A stretch of 63,847 nucleotides of DNA, counting the filler, from Octopus bimaculoides (taxonomy: Eukaryota): assembly GCF_001194135.2 (NCBI RefSeq). It is 5 parts of 4 records of this genome, joined end to end, with 100 filler letters (N's around TTAATTAATTAA, not from the genome) between each part and the next. Parts side by side here need not be neighbours in the genome. Positions count along the whole stretch, not along the records: positions 51,477 to 61,104 come from NC_068991.1; positions 61,205 to 63,847 come from NC_068990.1; 3 more parts are not named here. The stretch is one strand, 5' to 3'. The notes under the pieces are model-generated. The model was not told the DNA's origin. It saw nothing but the letters and a program-made list of their open reading frames with translations, and made no database searches. Below, one piece after another: positions 52,691 through 63,680 of this stretch; within the stretch, counting starts at the first letter, position 1, and every line of letters starts with the position of its first letter. A program made the position numbers and the translations under genes.

Positions 52691-52932
52691 AATTGTCAGT
52701 TCATTACAGCTGTTTCTAACGCATTTTTAATAGATGAATTAGTACATTATATCATAGCAAAAAACCGTTTTCATCATAAGATACATAGAATTTAAAACAA
52801 TAGGAGAACAATGGGTTGTTATGCTATCGTTTGAAATTCTATGTAAACGGGGGTTTTTTTTGTTATGATGTAATGTATTCATTCGTCTATTTAAAAAAAT
52901 GCATTAGAAACAGCTGTGATGAACTGACATTT
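52691..52932. mobile_element. Foldback/MITE-like inverted repeat (about 110-bp arms)
   Basis: aattgtcagttcattacagctgtttctaa...catagaatttaaaacaatag (52691-52803) pairs with ctatcgtttgaaattctatg...ttagaaacagctgtgatgaactgacattt (52824-52932). Confidence 0.8.
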
Positions 52933-52945
52933 ATTCATCGTTTGT

Positions 52946-53014
<69 letters not shown>

Positions 53015-53133
53015 TTCAACAGGCCATGCCACATGCTAAAAGAAGACCCAAATGGCGCTAAACTACCTTAAATATTACATGGACACGTGATGAATGCGAA
53101 GGAATAAACGAAAAAAGTTCATGAAGAGGTTTA

Positions 53134-53194
53134 GTTATGTATCAATTGATTTCAGGATTACAGATAAATATCCGTTTTCCTTCATCAGCATAAC
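53134..53194 (-). ncRNA. Complete type I hammerhead ribozyme
   Basis: GUUAUG-CUGAUGA-AGGA[aaACGGAUAuuUAUCUGUaa]UCCU-GAAA-UCAAUUGA-UA-CAUAAC; 6-bp helix I, all invariant core nucleotides present, palindromic stem III AUCAAUUGAU; predicted cleavage between 53140 and 53139. Confidence 0.85.
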
Positions 53195-53400
53195 ACAACC
53201 AAATGCCTATAATTATAAACAATTATACATACCACAGGAACACAACGTATCCACAGTGCATATACAACTGACCATACTTATACATAAAATAAATTAAAAT
53301 TCAAAAATCTAGTTCGTTTATCTCAGCCACATGTAAATAACCAAATAATTCAGCAGTGAATAATTTTGGTTTAGGTGAAATTATATATATATTAAAATTA

Positions 53401-54185
53401 TAATGGGTTGGACAAAATGTCTGTTCAGTTTTTGTTGACACTAAATTTCAAGCACGCTGTCTGTCTTTTGTGTGCATGTGCACTCGTTAGATGCTCAACA
53501 CTACAACGTAGTTCTATGCTAACTTGCAATGAGACAGGTTGTATTTTGCGTGCTGAGGATCATCCTGAAAATGGAAAACCAAAGCGAATATTATTTTCAA
53601 AAAGGCAAGAAATTGGTAGGAGCCCTCAGGAAGACATGCGCTGTGTATATTGTTACGGAACATATGTGCCAGAAGTGATTTCCAAGATTTCGATGGCGAA
53701 CTTTTTCGGTTCAACATGTACCATGCTCTGGTTGACCAACTGAGATTAAATGATGGATTAATCGAGACCAACCCCCGATATACAACCGAGATGTTAGCAG
53801 ATATTCTCCAGATATCCAAATAGAGGGTTGAAAACCATTTGCATCAACTTAGTTATGTCAGTAGATTCAATCGACTGGCTAAAATTACACAAAATTTGCA
53901 AACTTTAAAAGCTATTAGATCTTTATTTATTTATTCATGGCGAAAATTAATTACATGCCAATGATTACTTCACAAAACTACACCAATACGCCAAATATGA
54001 AATCCATTGGAACAAAAATTGAAAAAATTGAAAAGTGACAACCAAACAGAAAAGACTCAACATTGTGAAGAGCAAACAATCATAGCAGACAATACTGGAA
54101 CGAACGGTAAATATGTCATTGATTGAATAAATCGCTGTCTTAAAAACTTGCACTTTATTTTCACTTAAAAATCGAACGGACTTGC
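53401..54185 (+). mobile_element. Internally deleted mariner transposon (right TIR split by the Gypsy insertion, remainder at 58098-58111)
   Basis: Left TIR taatgggttggacaaaatgtctgttcagttttt; transposase pieces YFQKGKK...CAVY...IETNPRYTTEMLADILQISK..HLHQL and C-terminal NGKYVID*; reconstructed right TIR aaaaatcgaacggacttgc+gtttccaacacata. Confidence 0.75.
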
Positions 54186-54391
54186 TGTTGTGGGGATAAT
54201 AGTAATAATGGTACACTCATCCCACGCGACGAGTGGTGTGTGCTAGTTGCTATAGATAAGGTGACGTCGGTCGGTATAAAGAGAGAGTACGAAGCAGACA
54301 GTCATAGATAGTCGTGGTCTTACTTGTCTTACTAACTATACTGCTATACAGGAGTGGGCGTTATAACAATCCGACATTAAGGATTACAACA

Positions 54392-54404
54392 GTGGTGATG
54401 AGGA
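54392..54404 (+). promoter_or_regulatory. Primer-binding site, probably tRNA-Ser(GCU)
   Basis: (g)tggtgatgagga directly after the 5' LTR equals TGGCGACGAGGA with two CpG transitions; tRNA assignment from recalled tRNA-Ser 3' end. Confidence 0.7.
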
Positions 54405-54462
54405 ATTAACAAACTCACAAACATTTTTGTGCGAATTTTACGGGGAATAAAATCGTAAAATT

Positions 54463-55628
54463 ATGGAAAATTTGTTCGCCAATTTGCTAGTTGCAAAAAC
54501 AGCAACTGAAAGAACAACAACAGCAGCAGTTACAACTGCAAGAACAACAGCAGAAACAACAACAGCAGCTACAACTGCAATAACAACAGCAGAAGCAACA
54601 ACAACAACAGCAGATACAACTGCAAGAACAACAACTGAAAGAACAACAACAGCAGAAGCTACAACTGCAAGAACAACAGCAGAAGCAACAACAATTATTA
54701 TTATAGCAACAAAAGTTGCAATTAATGAATAGGAAGTCGTCAGGAAATGCTGAAAAAATGTTCTCGCCAGATTATGTTACGAACTCGATAACAGAGTTTA
54801 AGTACGAACCAGACGAAGGAGTTACCTTCGAGGCTTACTATAGAATATACAAACAAATCTTCAATAAAGAGTGCAAAGACTGGGACGACGATATGAAAAC
54901 GCATTTAAACTTAAGAAAACTGACAGCAGGAGAACATGAACGTTACAGCAATTACGTTCTCCTGAAAAAACATAAACTTTAAAGATACAATAGACATATT
55001 GTGCTAAACTTTTAGTGAAAAAAGTTAGTTGTTCATTACACGTTGGAAATGTTTCAACCTAGAAAAGAACAACGAGGAGGACTACATGCTGGTGGAGTTA
55101 ACAGGGAAATGTGAAAAGTTCAAGTTGGACGAATTAACGCCAGATATGTTCAAGTGCTTGATAGTTACTCAGGGACTCGCTGCAGAGAAAGACGCTGAAG
55201 TAAGAACAAGAATTCTCACTAAGCTGGAACAAAACTAAGCTGTAACCTTACAACAAGTGTCAGAAGAGTGTGAAAGAATAGTAATTTTAAGACACGACAC
55301 AGAGAAAATTAAACATAAAGATTGCTCCCAAGTGAAACAAGTGCGAAATAGGCGGAATATAACTCAAGGCTGTACTAAAATACAGTACAAACAGGACAAG
55401 AATCGGGGAAGAAAAAAAACATGTTTTGCATGTGGAGGTCTACACCTGAGGAAAAACTGTCCATTTAAGAAAGCGGAATGTTTCTGTTGTAGAAAAATTG
55501 GACACGTAAAAGCTCACTGTAAAACCAAAATGACAAAACGTTGGAACAAAGAAACAAAGAATAAACAGTATGTCGTCAAAAGAAAATGGTATTATAACAA
55601 GGAGAAAATTCGTAAACGTGAAAATTAA
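54463..55628 (+). pseudogene. gag: Gypsy gag, fragmented, with two CCHC-type zinc knuckles
   Basis: ORFs 54463-54732, 54716-54982, 55029-55238 and 55257-55628; CFACGGLHLRKNC and CFCCRKIGHVKAHC. Confidence 0.88.
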
Positions 55629-55645
55629 AAATATAAGAGTAAAAA

Positions 55646-57660
55646 TGCAGTTAGACACTAGAAGTGATATTACCATTGTGAATGAAGAAATTTGGAAGTA
55701 TATCAGTTAGCCAAAATTAAGTAAATCTACAAAAGTAGCACATGGTGTTACGAGTAAAACATTGTATTTTGTGGTGAATTTGTGTGTAAATGAAAACAAC
55801 AAAAATATATGTGCTAAAAAATTCAGTTAATCTATTCAGCACAGAGTGGACGGAACTATTCAAATTGTGGAATACACCTATAAATGTTTTATGTGGGAAT
55901 ATAGTCGGTTCAGTAGAAAGTTCGAATGAGGCTGAGGGACTGAAACAAAAAATAAAACATTTATTTCCAGATGTTTTCACCGAGAAACTGGGCTGTTGCA
56001 CGAAAACAAAGGCAAAAATTGCAGTGCAACAAGTGTATTTAAGCCAAAACAGAATGTACTCTTCGCGGCAATAGACCAGGTAAGCAAGGGACTTGAAAGA
56101 CTTGAAAGCCTAGGAATAATCGAGAAGACGAACTACTCAGATTGGGGAGCACCTACGGTCTACGTAAAAAAGAAAACTAACAAGGGTTTGTGAAGATTTT
56201 TAAACAGGTTTGAATGATTGCTTAATAGCACATAACTACCCATTGCCGAGTTAATGGACATAATGCTGGGTAACTGCAATTTTGCTATCGCCTATTTAGA
56301 CGATATTCTAATAGAAAGCGAATCACGTGAATAACATGTAGAACACATTAAAAGAGTATTCGAGGGGATTAGAGAATACGGTTTCAAGTTAACGGAAGAA
56401 AAATGCGAGTTCTTTATGAAAAAAATTAAATACTTGGGCTAGATAATAGATAAAAACGGACGGAAACCGGATCCATCCAGAGCAATTGCGATAAAAAAAA
56501 ATATGCCCACGCCGAATAATGTGACTATGCCACAAGCATTCTTAGGTTTAGTAAATTATTATCAAATTTATATACATAATGTAAGGGCCCCGCTCAGTGA
56601 TTTGTAAAAGAAAAAGAAAAAATGATGCTGGACTGATAAATGCCAGAAAGCATTTGACGAGTTAAAAAGCATTTTAACATCGGACTTATCGTTAACGCAT
56701 TTTGATCCGAAGCTGGATATTATATTGGCTACAGATGCGAGTAATTGCGGTGTAGAAGTCGTGCTTCTGCACAAATATGACGATGGCAGTAAAAAGGCTA
56801 TAGCCCACGCGTCACGATCGTTATTACCATCTGAAAGGAACTGTAGTCAGATAGAAAAGGAAGCGTTAGCAATTATATTCAGTGTTTAAAAATTCCATAG
56901 ATTTATTCATCGATTAAGTTTTTGTCTACAAACGGATCATCGCCCACTACTGTCAATGTACGGTTCTAAAAAAGGAATACAAACACACACACAGCAAATA
57001 GACTACAGCGATGGGGCACTATATTATTAAATTATGATTTCAAAATGGAATATTTATCGTCAAAAAAACTATGCATACGAATGGTTTGTCCAGACTAATA
57101 CCAAAACACTGCAAGCCATTCGAAGATACGGCAATCGCAGCTTTAAGAGCAGAAGGAGAAATAAAAAATGTAATGTGAAATGTGGTGCGCGAATTACCGG
57201 TAATCCTAGAAGACATAAAGCGAAATACGGTAAAGGACAAATTCATAACAAAAGTGAAAAGGAAAAGTAAACAGGAACAGGATTGATGCGAAAGGAAACC
57301 AAGACGTGAATCTATACTCAGTTAGTGATGGCGTACAAAGAGTAGTAATACCTGAAACACTACAAAAGAAAATGTTGAGGGAATTTCATGTTAGTCACCC
57401 TGGTATTTCGAGGATGAAAACTTTAATGCGTAGCTACGTGTACTGGCCAAAAATGGATAGAGAAATGAAGCTTTAGTGAAAGGCTGTAGAGGATGGGCTC
57501 TAGCAGCAAAATTACCGACAATAAAAAGTGAACTTTGGCCAAAAATAGGTGTTCTGTGGTCGAGACTACACATCAATTTCGCTGCTGCTTTAAACTACTT
57601 AGACGGTTCATACTACTTGGATGGTTCATATTACTTAGACGGTTCGTACTACTTGAGAGT
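55646..57660 (+). pseudogene. pol: Gypsy pol (protease, RT, RNase H, integrase N-terminus), disrupted
   Basis: QLDTRSDITI (protease), YSDWGAPTVYVKK and AYLDDILI (RT), LATDASN...ERNCSQIEKEALAIIF (RNase H), FHVSHPGISRMKTLMRSYVYWP (integrase HHCC region); integrase core absent. Confidence 0.92.
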
Positions 57661-58301
57661 GAACCCAAGAGAATGGAAGAATCAATGAAATGGTTATACG
57701 ATACTTTTCAAGTACCAACGCTACTACAGGTGATTGAATTCAGACGCACAAGTGTAAGAAAAAGAAAATGTACGGAGTTCCTGGAAGTGGATGCCAAACG
57801 GAAAAAATACTAAATGTATAACTAAGAAAAAAAACAAAAAAACTCAAAAAGAGAGGTGGGTGATGTAAAAAGTATTGCTATTAAAAGGGGAGAAGTGGGG
57901 ATAATAGTAATAATGGTACACCCCGCCCACGTGACGAGCGGTACGTACTAGTCACTATAAATAAGGTGACGTCGATCGGTATAAAGAGAGAGTACGAAGC
58001 ATACGGTCATAGATAGTCGTGATCTTGTCTTACTAACTATATTGCCATATAGGAGTGGGCGTTATAACAATCCCACACTAAGGATTACAACACTTGCGTT
58101 TCCAACACATACGCATTTTTAGTATGTATACAGAGCACTAGTTTTGAGCTAATACTGCTTCTGATGCTTTTCCCACTATCCTTCATTAAAGTTGTATATA
58201 TTTATATATAATTTTAGACCTATATTAATTTTTACCTCTACGGTTGTAAAGCATGATAGCCACTGATATTATTGTTATTATTTTATAATAATAATTTTAT
58301 A

Positions 58302-58340
<39 letters not shown>

Positions 58341-58379
58341 AGTTGTAAGTTTGTAAGTTACCAGAAATACAGCGACTAT

Positions 58380-59902
58380 TCTTATATATATATATATATA
58401 TATATAAATGAGAATGTGTGTCTGTCTGTGTGAATCCCTAAAACTCGAGAACTACGCAACCAATTTCATTCAAACTTTACACATGCCTTACTTAGGGTTC
58501 CAGTTGTGTTTTAGTCAAAAAAAATTATTAACTTCTTGCAGAGTTCGAGCACACGGCAACATAATATCTCCTCCACTATTTAAGTATTACGTGTCAAAAG
58601 TGAAACAAAAACACTCATGTCAAATACTTTCACTTTAAAANNNNNNNNNNNNNNNNNNNNNNNNNNNNNNNNNNNNNNNNNNNNNNNNNNNNNNNNNNNN
58701 NNNNNNNNNNNNNNNNNNNNNNNNNNNNNNNNNNNNNNNNNNNNNNNNNNNNNNNNNNNNNNNNNNNNNNNNNNNNNNNNNNNNNNNNNNNNNNNNNNNN
58801 NNNNNNNNNNNNNNNNNNNNNNNNNNNNNNNNNNNNNNNNNNNNNNNNNNNNNNNNNNNNNNNNNNNNNNNNNNNNNNNNNNNNNNNNNNNNNNNNNNNN
58901 NNNNNNNNNNNNNNNNNNNNNNNNNNNNNNNNNNNNNNNNNNNNNNNNNNNNNNNNNNNNNNNNNNNNNNNNNNNNNNNNNNNNNNNNNNNNNNNNNNNN
59001 NNNNNNNNNNNNNNNNNNNNNNNNNNNNNNNNNNNNNNNNNNNNNNNNNNNNNNNNNNNNNNNNNNNNNNNNNNNNNNNNNNNNNNNNNNNNNNNNNNNN
59101 NNNNNNNNNNNNNNNNNNNNNNNNNNNNNNNNNNNNNNNNNNNNNNNNNNNNNNNNNNNNNNNNNNNNNNNNNNNNNNNNNNNNNNNNNNNNNNNNNNNN
59201 NNNNNNNNNNNNNNNNNNNNNNNNNNNNNNNNNNNNNNNNNNNNNNNNNNNNNNNNNNNNNNNNNNNNNNNNNNNNNNNNNNNNNNNNNNNNNNNNNNNN
59301 NNNNNNNNNNNNNNNNNNNNNNNNNNNNNNNNNNNNNNNNNNNNNNNNNNNNNNNNNNNNNNNNNNNNNNNNNNNNNNNNNNNNNNNNNNNNNNNNNNNN
59401 NNNNNNNNNNNNNNNNNNNNNNNNNNNNNNNNNNNNNNNNNNNNNNNNNNNNNNNNNNNNNNNNNNNNNNNNNNNNNNNNNNNNNNNNNNNNNNNNNNNN
59501 NNNNNNNNNNNNNNNNNNNNNNNNNNNNNNNNNNNNNNNNNNNNNNNNNNNNNNNNNNNNNNNNNNNNNNNNNNNNNNNNNNNNNNNNNNNNNNNNNNNN
59601 NNNNNNNNAAGAGTGGGCAGCAAAAAAAAACCTATTTGTATATGCTCCACAAGGGAAAACAAGGAACATAGTTTACAACGAGGTGTTATAATCACAACAG
59701 CAAGAAAGTATGTACATGATCACCTTCTTTTACGAAACTTCATTGACTTTCATATATTTATATTGATATACATATATATACGTGTGTTTGGGTGCGTGTG
59801 TGTATATACATCTCTATATATAAAGATGATGCGTAGTCTAGACGGCGTTTTTAGATATCATTATTCTCTTTAACCCGGGCAACGCCGGGTATTTCTGCTA
59901 GT
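58380..59902 (+). mobile_element. Non-autonomous Helitron-like element (interior in gap)
   Basis: 3' hairpin cccgg-gcaacg-ccggg (59874-59889) followed by CTAG (59898-59901) then T; 5' tc(ta)n-aaatgagaatgtgtgtctgtctg start; linkage across the N gap is assumed. Confidence 0.65.
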
Positions 59903-60345
59903 TATATATATAAGAATAGTCGCTCGTTATATATATACGAATAGTCGCTCTATCACCGTAACTTACAAAGCCTTCTGGTTTGTTTACAAATATTATATGT
60001 AGTACTGGAAAGTTAAAGTATATATTCATAAAACTTCGGATGAAATCGATTGGTGAACGTTTGGCCCTATCGGATGCGCAAGGAGGCGTGTAAGCGTTGA
60101 TTTGTGGGTTCGATTCTAACCTGGCTTAGCTCATCATTTTTTCAGTCAATTGTTTATATATAAATGTCGCTTTAAATCGGAATATATATATTTATATTAT
60201 TATATAGTTATTATTGTATTATATATATATATATATATATTTATATATAATGTACTGTTCTGTGATAGAAAATTCAACTAAAAAAGTACTCCACCTGGTG
60301 AGAGATAAATATTATTTATTTAAAAGACACAATACATGTCTTTAA

Positions 60346-60400
60346 GTGCTACTAATAGTTTCATATGTTGAGAAATATCTCAAACATATTCTTCAGGCAC
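60346..60400 (-). ncRNA. Complete type I hammerhead ribozyme
   Basis: GUGC-CUGAAGA-AUAUGUU(U)GAGA-uauu-UCUCAACAUAU-GAAA-CUAUUAG-UA-GCAC; helices I (4 bp), II (11 bp plus bulge) and III (3 bp); predicted cleavage between 60350 and 60349. Confidence 0.85.
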
Positions 60401-60557
60401 AAACCACATATCATAACGAACTAAAAAAATGAATAAATAAGAAAAGAAACGCGAAAAAACTGAGGAGGCAGCATGTAGAAAATGCAAAAAGTAAAAAAAA
60501 AAAACGGAAAACAAAAACACAAAAACTAAAATGTAAAAATTAAAAAGGTAAAAGAGA

Positions 60558-60745
60558 GAGGCGTTTATTACTTTAAAAGGTCATAAACCTAATTTTCATG
60601 ATAATCCTACTTGTAGATTACTAAACCCAGCGAAATCTGAAAGTAGGCTACTAGCTGAAAAAAAAATTAGAAACAATAATAAAATTGGAGAAATTACTAG
60701 GCTTCAACAATGGAATAACAGTTTTGCTATAACAGATTGGCTTTG
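60558..60745 (+). mobile_element. RT fragment of a second Penelope-like lineage
   Basis: EAFITLKGHKPNFHDNPTCRLLNPAKSE, then frameshifted ITRLQQWNNSFAITDW; resembles the FITLKDHK.NF...P.CRLINPAKSE...QW.NT..VI.WF PLE RT block (recalled motif). Confidence 0.7.
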
Positions 60746-61739
60746 AAGTATACTGCGTTTTAACCCTCTAGGTTTTTAAGAGGACCTCTTGGAAGAAATA
60801 CCGAAGCCTAAAATCGTTTATCAACACGCATACATTAAGTATGTGATAGTGATAATGTTTAACAACTAGTCCATCAATTGGGATAACTTTGGCACCCGAG
60901 ATAACTTTGGCAGAAGGAATAGAGTGGCCTATACCATCCTAAAGGGACATGCTTGACCTCCTCCTCCTGCCCCTTCCCCTGTCCCTGTCCCACCACCACC
61001 ACCCCTACCCGAGTAATACCATCAATTGAGGCAAATTTGGCACCCAGGGGTAAGTTTTGTAAGAGGAATAGAGAGTCCTACCTTCTCCTGCAGAGATCAG
61101 TCCGNNNNNNNNNNNNNNNNNNNNNNNNNNNNNNNNNNNNNNNNNNNNTTAATTAATTAANNNNNNNNNNNNNNNNNNNNNNNNNNNNNNNNNNNNNNNN
61201 NNNNATATATATTCGTGTGGATATATGTTGTTCATATCGTTATGCGTAGACATCTGCATTTATATTCTCTGAGCATCTCATACTGAAGACGGCAGGGGGA
61301 AATTGCTTCCCTAAGGCAGAAATCGATTTTTTATTTTCAAAATCTGATTTATCCATTAGCACGCTTTCAACCTGTGCTGAGTAAAATAATATATAAGTTA
61401 TAGAGCTATTAACATCCATTTCTAGCATGTTAGTGTGGCTATAATTACATCCATAATTGGCTATAATTACTTCTGTATAATTATATATCAGTATAAACAT
61501 ATATAGAGAGTAAACAGAAAACGGAGAAATATTTATCAACAGCAATTGTCTTACATCAATTACTACTATTTAATTGAATACAAATAGACTGTATCCCATC
61601 TAACAGCTGTTTCTGCTTCCAATGTTATATGGCATTGCCATTGAAAATTCCAAAAATGATATTCATCATATTTGGTATAATAATAAATGAAAAAAAAAAC
61701 ATGAAAATAAATAAGCTTTTGACGGTTTTATAGGTATTT

Positions 61740-61792
61740 CAAAATTATGATGCTATGATGCTAGGTGTTTCCATTATTTTGTCCAACCCATA
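61740..61792 (-). mobile_element. Tc1/mariner-type terminal inverted repeat fragment
   Basis: Reverse complement tatgggttggacaaaataatggaaacacct shares tgggttggacaaaat with the TIR at 53401; partner not found. Confidence 0.4.
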
Positions 61793-61847
61793 TATATATA
61801 TATATATGATATTTATACACACACACACGCGCACGCACACACACGCG

Positions 61848-61908
<61 letters not shown>

Positions 61909-62066
61909 TTCTGTTCTGGAATGTTCTCGATTGCTGTGAAGCGTAATCGAGTCTACTTAACTGTTTCACAGTTCTAGATTATTCTAAAAATTTCTGGATT
62001 GTTCTGTCTAGGATATTCCATTCGGGAAATGTTCTGGAGAGAAACGTTCTGGAGAGAAACGTATTC

Positions 62067-62232
62067 AAAATGCTTAGCGCATTTCTTCAAAATCTTTATG
62101 TTCTGAGTTCAAATTCCGCCGGGGCCAACTTTGCCTTTAATCCCCTTCAGGATCCTTAAAATTAAAGCCAATTGAGCACGGAGATGGATGTAATAGACTA
62201 GCTCCTTGCCCCCAAATTCCAGGCATCTTGTG
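62067..62232 (+). mobile_element. SINE family A, diverged
   Basis: aaatgcttagcgcattt...ttctgagttcaaattccgccggggccaactttgcc. Confidence 0.7.
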
Positions 62233-62324
62233 AAAAAATTATTACTTGAAAAACCCAACTTACGACGATGTAAACGTAACACGTTTGAATATATTGAAGC
62301 ACTCTACGAACAGAATTTGTGATT

Positions 62325-62900
62325 ACAACAGATCAATGTTTTCAATTAGTGTATCGGAAAGCAGTCAGTGTTTATAATAGATCGCTATATGCAGTCACCA
62401 TAAGAGGATGTAGAGTCTGTCACATAACAGATCGATACATCCAATCACTGCATCAAAATATGTGTTTTGTGGATACAACAGATCGATAGATCCAATCACT
62501 GTATCAGAATGTGCTTTATGGATACGACAGATCGATAGATCCAGTCACTGTAACAGATTATAGTCTATGGTTATAACAGATCGACAAATCCAGTCAATGC
62601 AGCAGATTGTAGTCTATGGTTACAACAGATCAATGAATTCAGTCACTGTAACAGATTGTTGTCATTGATTCTAAAGGAACACTTTATCCGAATACTGTAG
62701 TAGATTATAGCGTATGTTTACAACAGATGATAAATCTGATCCCCGAGACGTAGAGTAGTCTGGATATAATCGATAAGTGAATCCACTTACAGGAACAACG
62801 TATTCTGTTGATATATAAGTATCATAAAACCAATCACTGAAACAGTTCAATAAATCCAGTCGATACGACATACCTATATATCAACTCACTCCATCAGATT
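62325..62900. repeat. Degenerate minisatellite of about 49-51 bp
   Basis: Recurrent acaacagatcgatagatcca(a/g)tcactg(t/c)a.cag...tatgg unit; best-conserved units lie at about 62424-62660. Confidence 0.8.
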
Positions 62901-62939
62901 CATACGCTTTACTTACAATTGTGATATATCAATCGTAGC

Positions 62940-63180
62940 TTCTTCTTCTTCTTCTTCTTCTTCTTCTTCTTCTTCTTCTTCTTCTTCTTCTTCTTCTTCT
63001 TCTTTTTCTTCTTCTTCTTCTTCTTCTTCTTCTTCTTCTTCTTCTTCTTCTTCTTCTTCTTCTTCTTCTTCTTCTTCTTCTTCTTCTTCTTCTTCTACTA
63101 CTACTACTACTACAACTACTGCTACTTTTCTCTCTCTCTCTCTCTCCCCCCCTCTCTCTCTCCCCCCTCTCTCTCTCTGC
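62940..63180. repeat. (TTC)n then (CTA)n and (CT)n microsatellite
   Basis: Direct inspection. Confidence 0.95.
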
Positions 63181-63593
63181 TCGTTTATGGATATCTGTAT
63201 GTGTGTATATTTCTATGTGTCGCTAGAGAAGAATCTTGTTTTAGGAACAAAAAAATGGGGGGAAAAAAGAGAGAGAAAGAAACACAAACAAAATAACAGA
63301 GAAGAATTCTTGTTAAAATCAAAACGACCATTTCTATTAGCAGAGAATTGGAGGGTAGAAAGGAATGGTAAAATGACTTGCCCTGTTTACTGGTCAAGGA
63401 AGAGGAATGGTTGGGTTGTTTGAAAGCCTTCTAAAAGAGTTATTCTATTGGTCAGAAATTGAGAGGAGGATAGAATTTAGGACAAAGAAGAGAAATTGAG
63501 CAAATTATGTAATGTTTACCCTTGGAATATGTGTGTGTGAGTTCGAATGTCTTTCAATTCTACACTAGATCCAAATTTGTGTAAACATATACA

Positions 63594-63624
<31 letters not shown>

Positions 63625-63626
63625 TC

Positions 63627-63680
<54 letters not shown>

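Larger units (their letters stand above)
54186..58092 (+). mobile_element. Ty3/Gypsy LTR retrotransposon (Mag-like), decayed and internally deleted
   Basis: TG...CA LTRs at 54186-54391 and 57896-58092 (about 20 substitutions by manual count), TSD cttgc (54181-54185 and 58093-58097), PBS tggtgatgagga, PPT aaaaggggagaag. Confidence 0.96.

Noticed and set aside
53553-53575. ctgaggatcatcctgaaa
   Set aside because: No stem II in the right register; it lies inside the mariner remnant.
60062-60152. tRNA-like stretch with ggttcgattc and a T-run
   Set aside because: No A box or cloverleaf; at most an old SINE head.
62325-62900. CRISPR-like array
   Set aside because: Eukaryotic context, whole units are homologous, and there are no unique spacers or cas genes.
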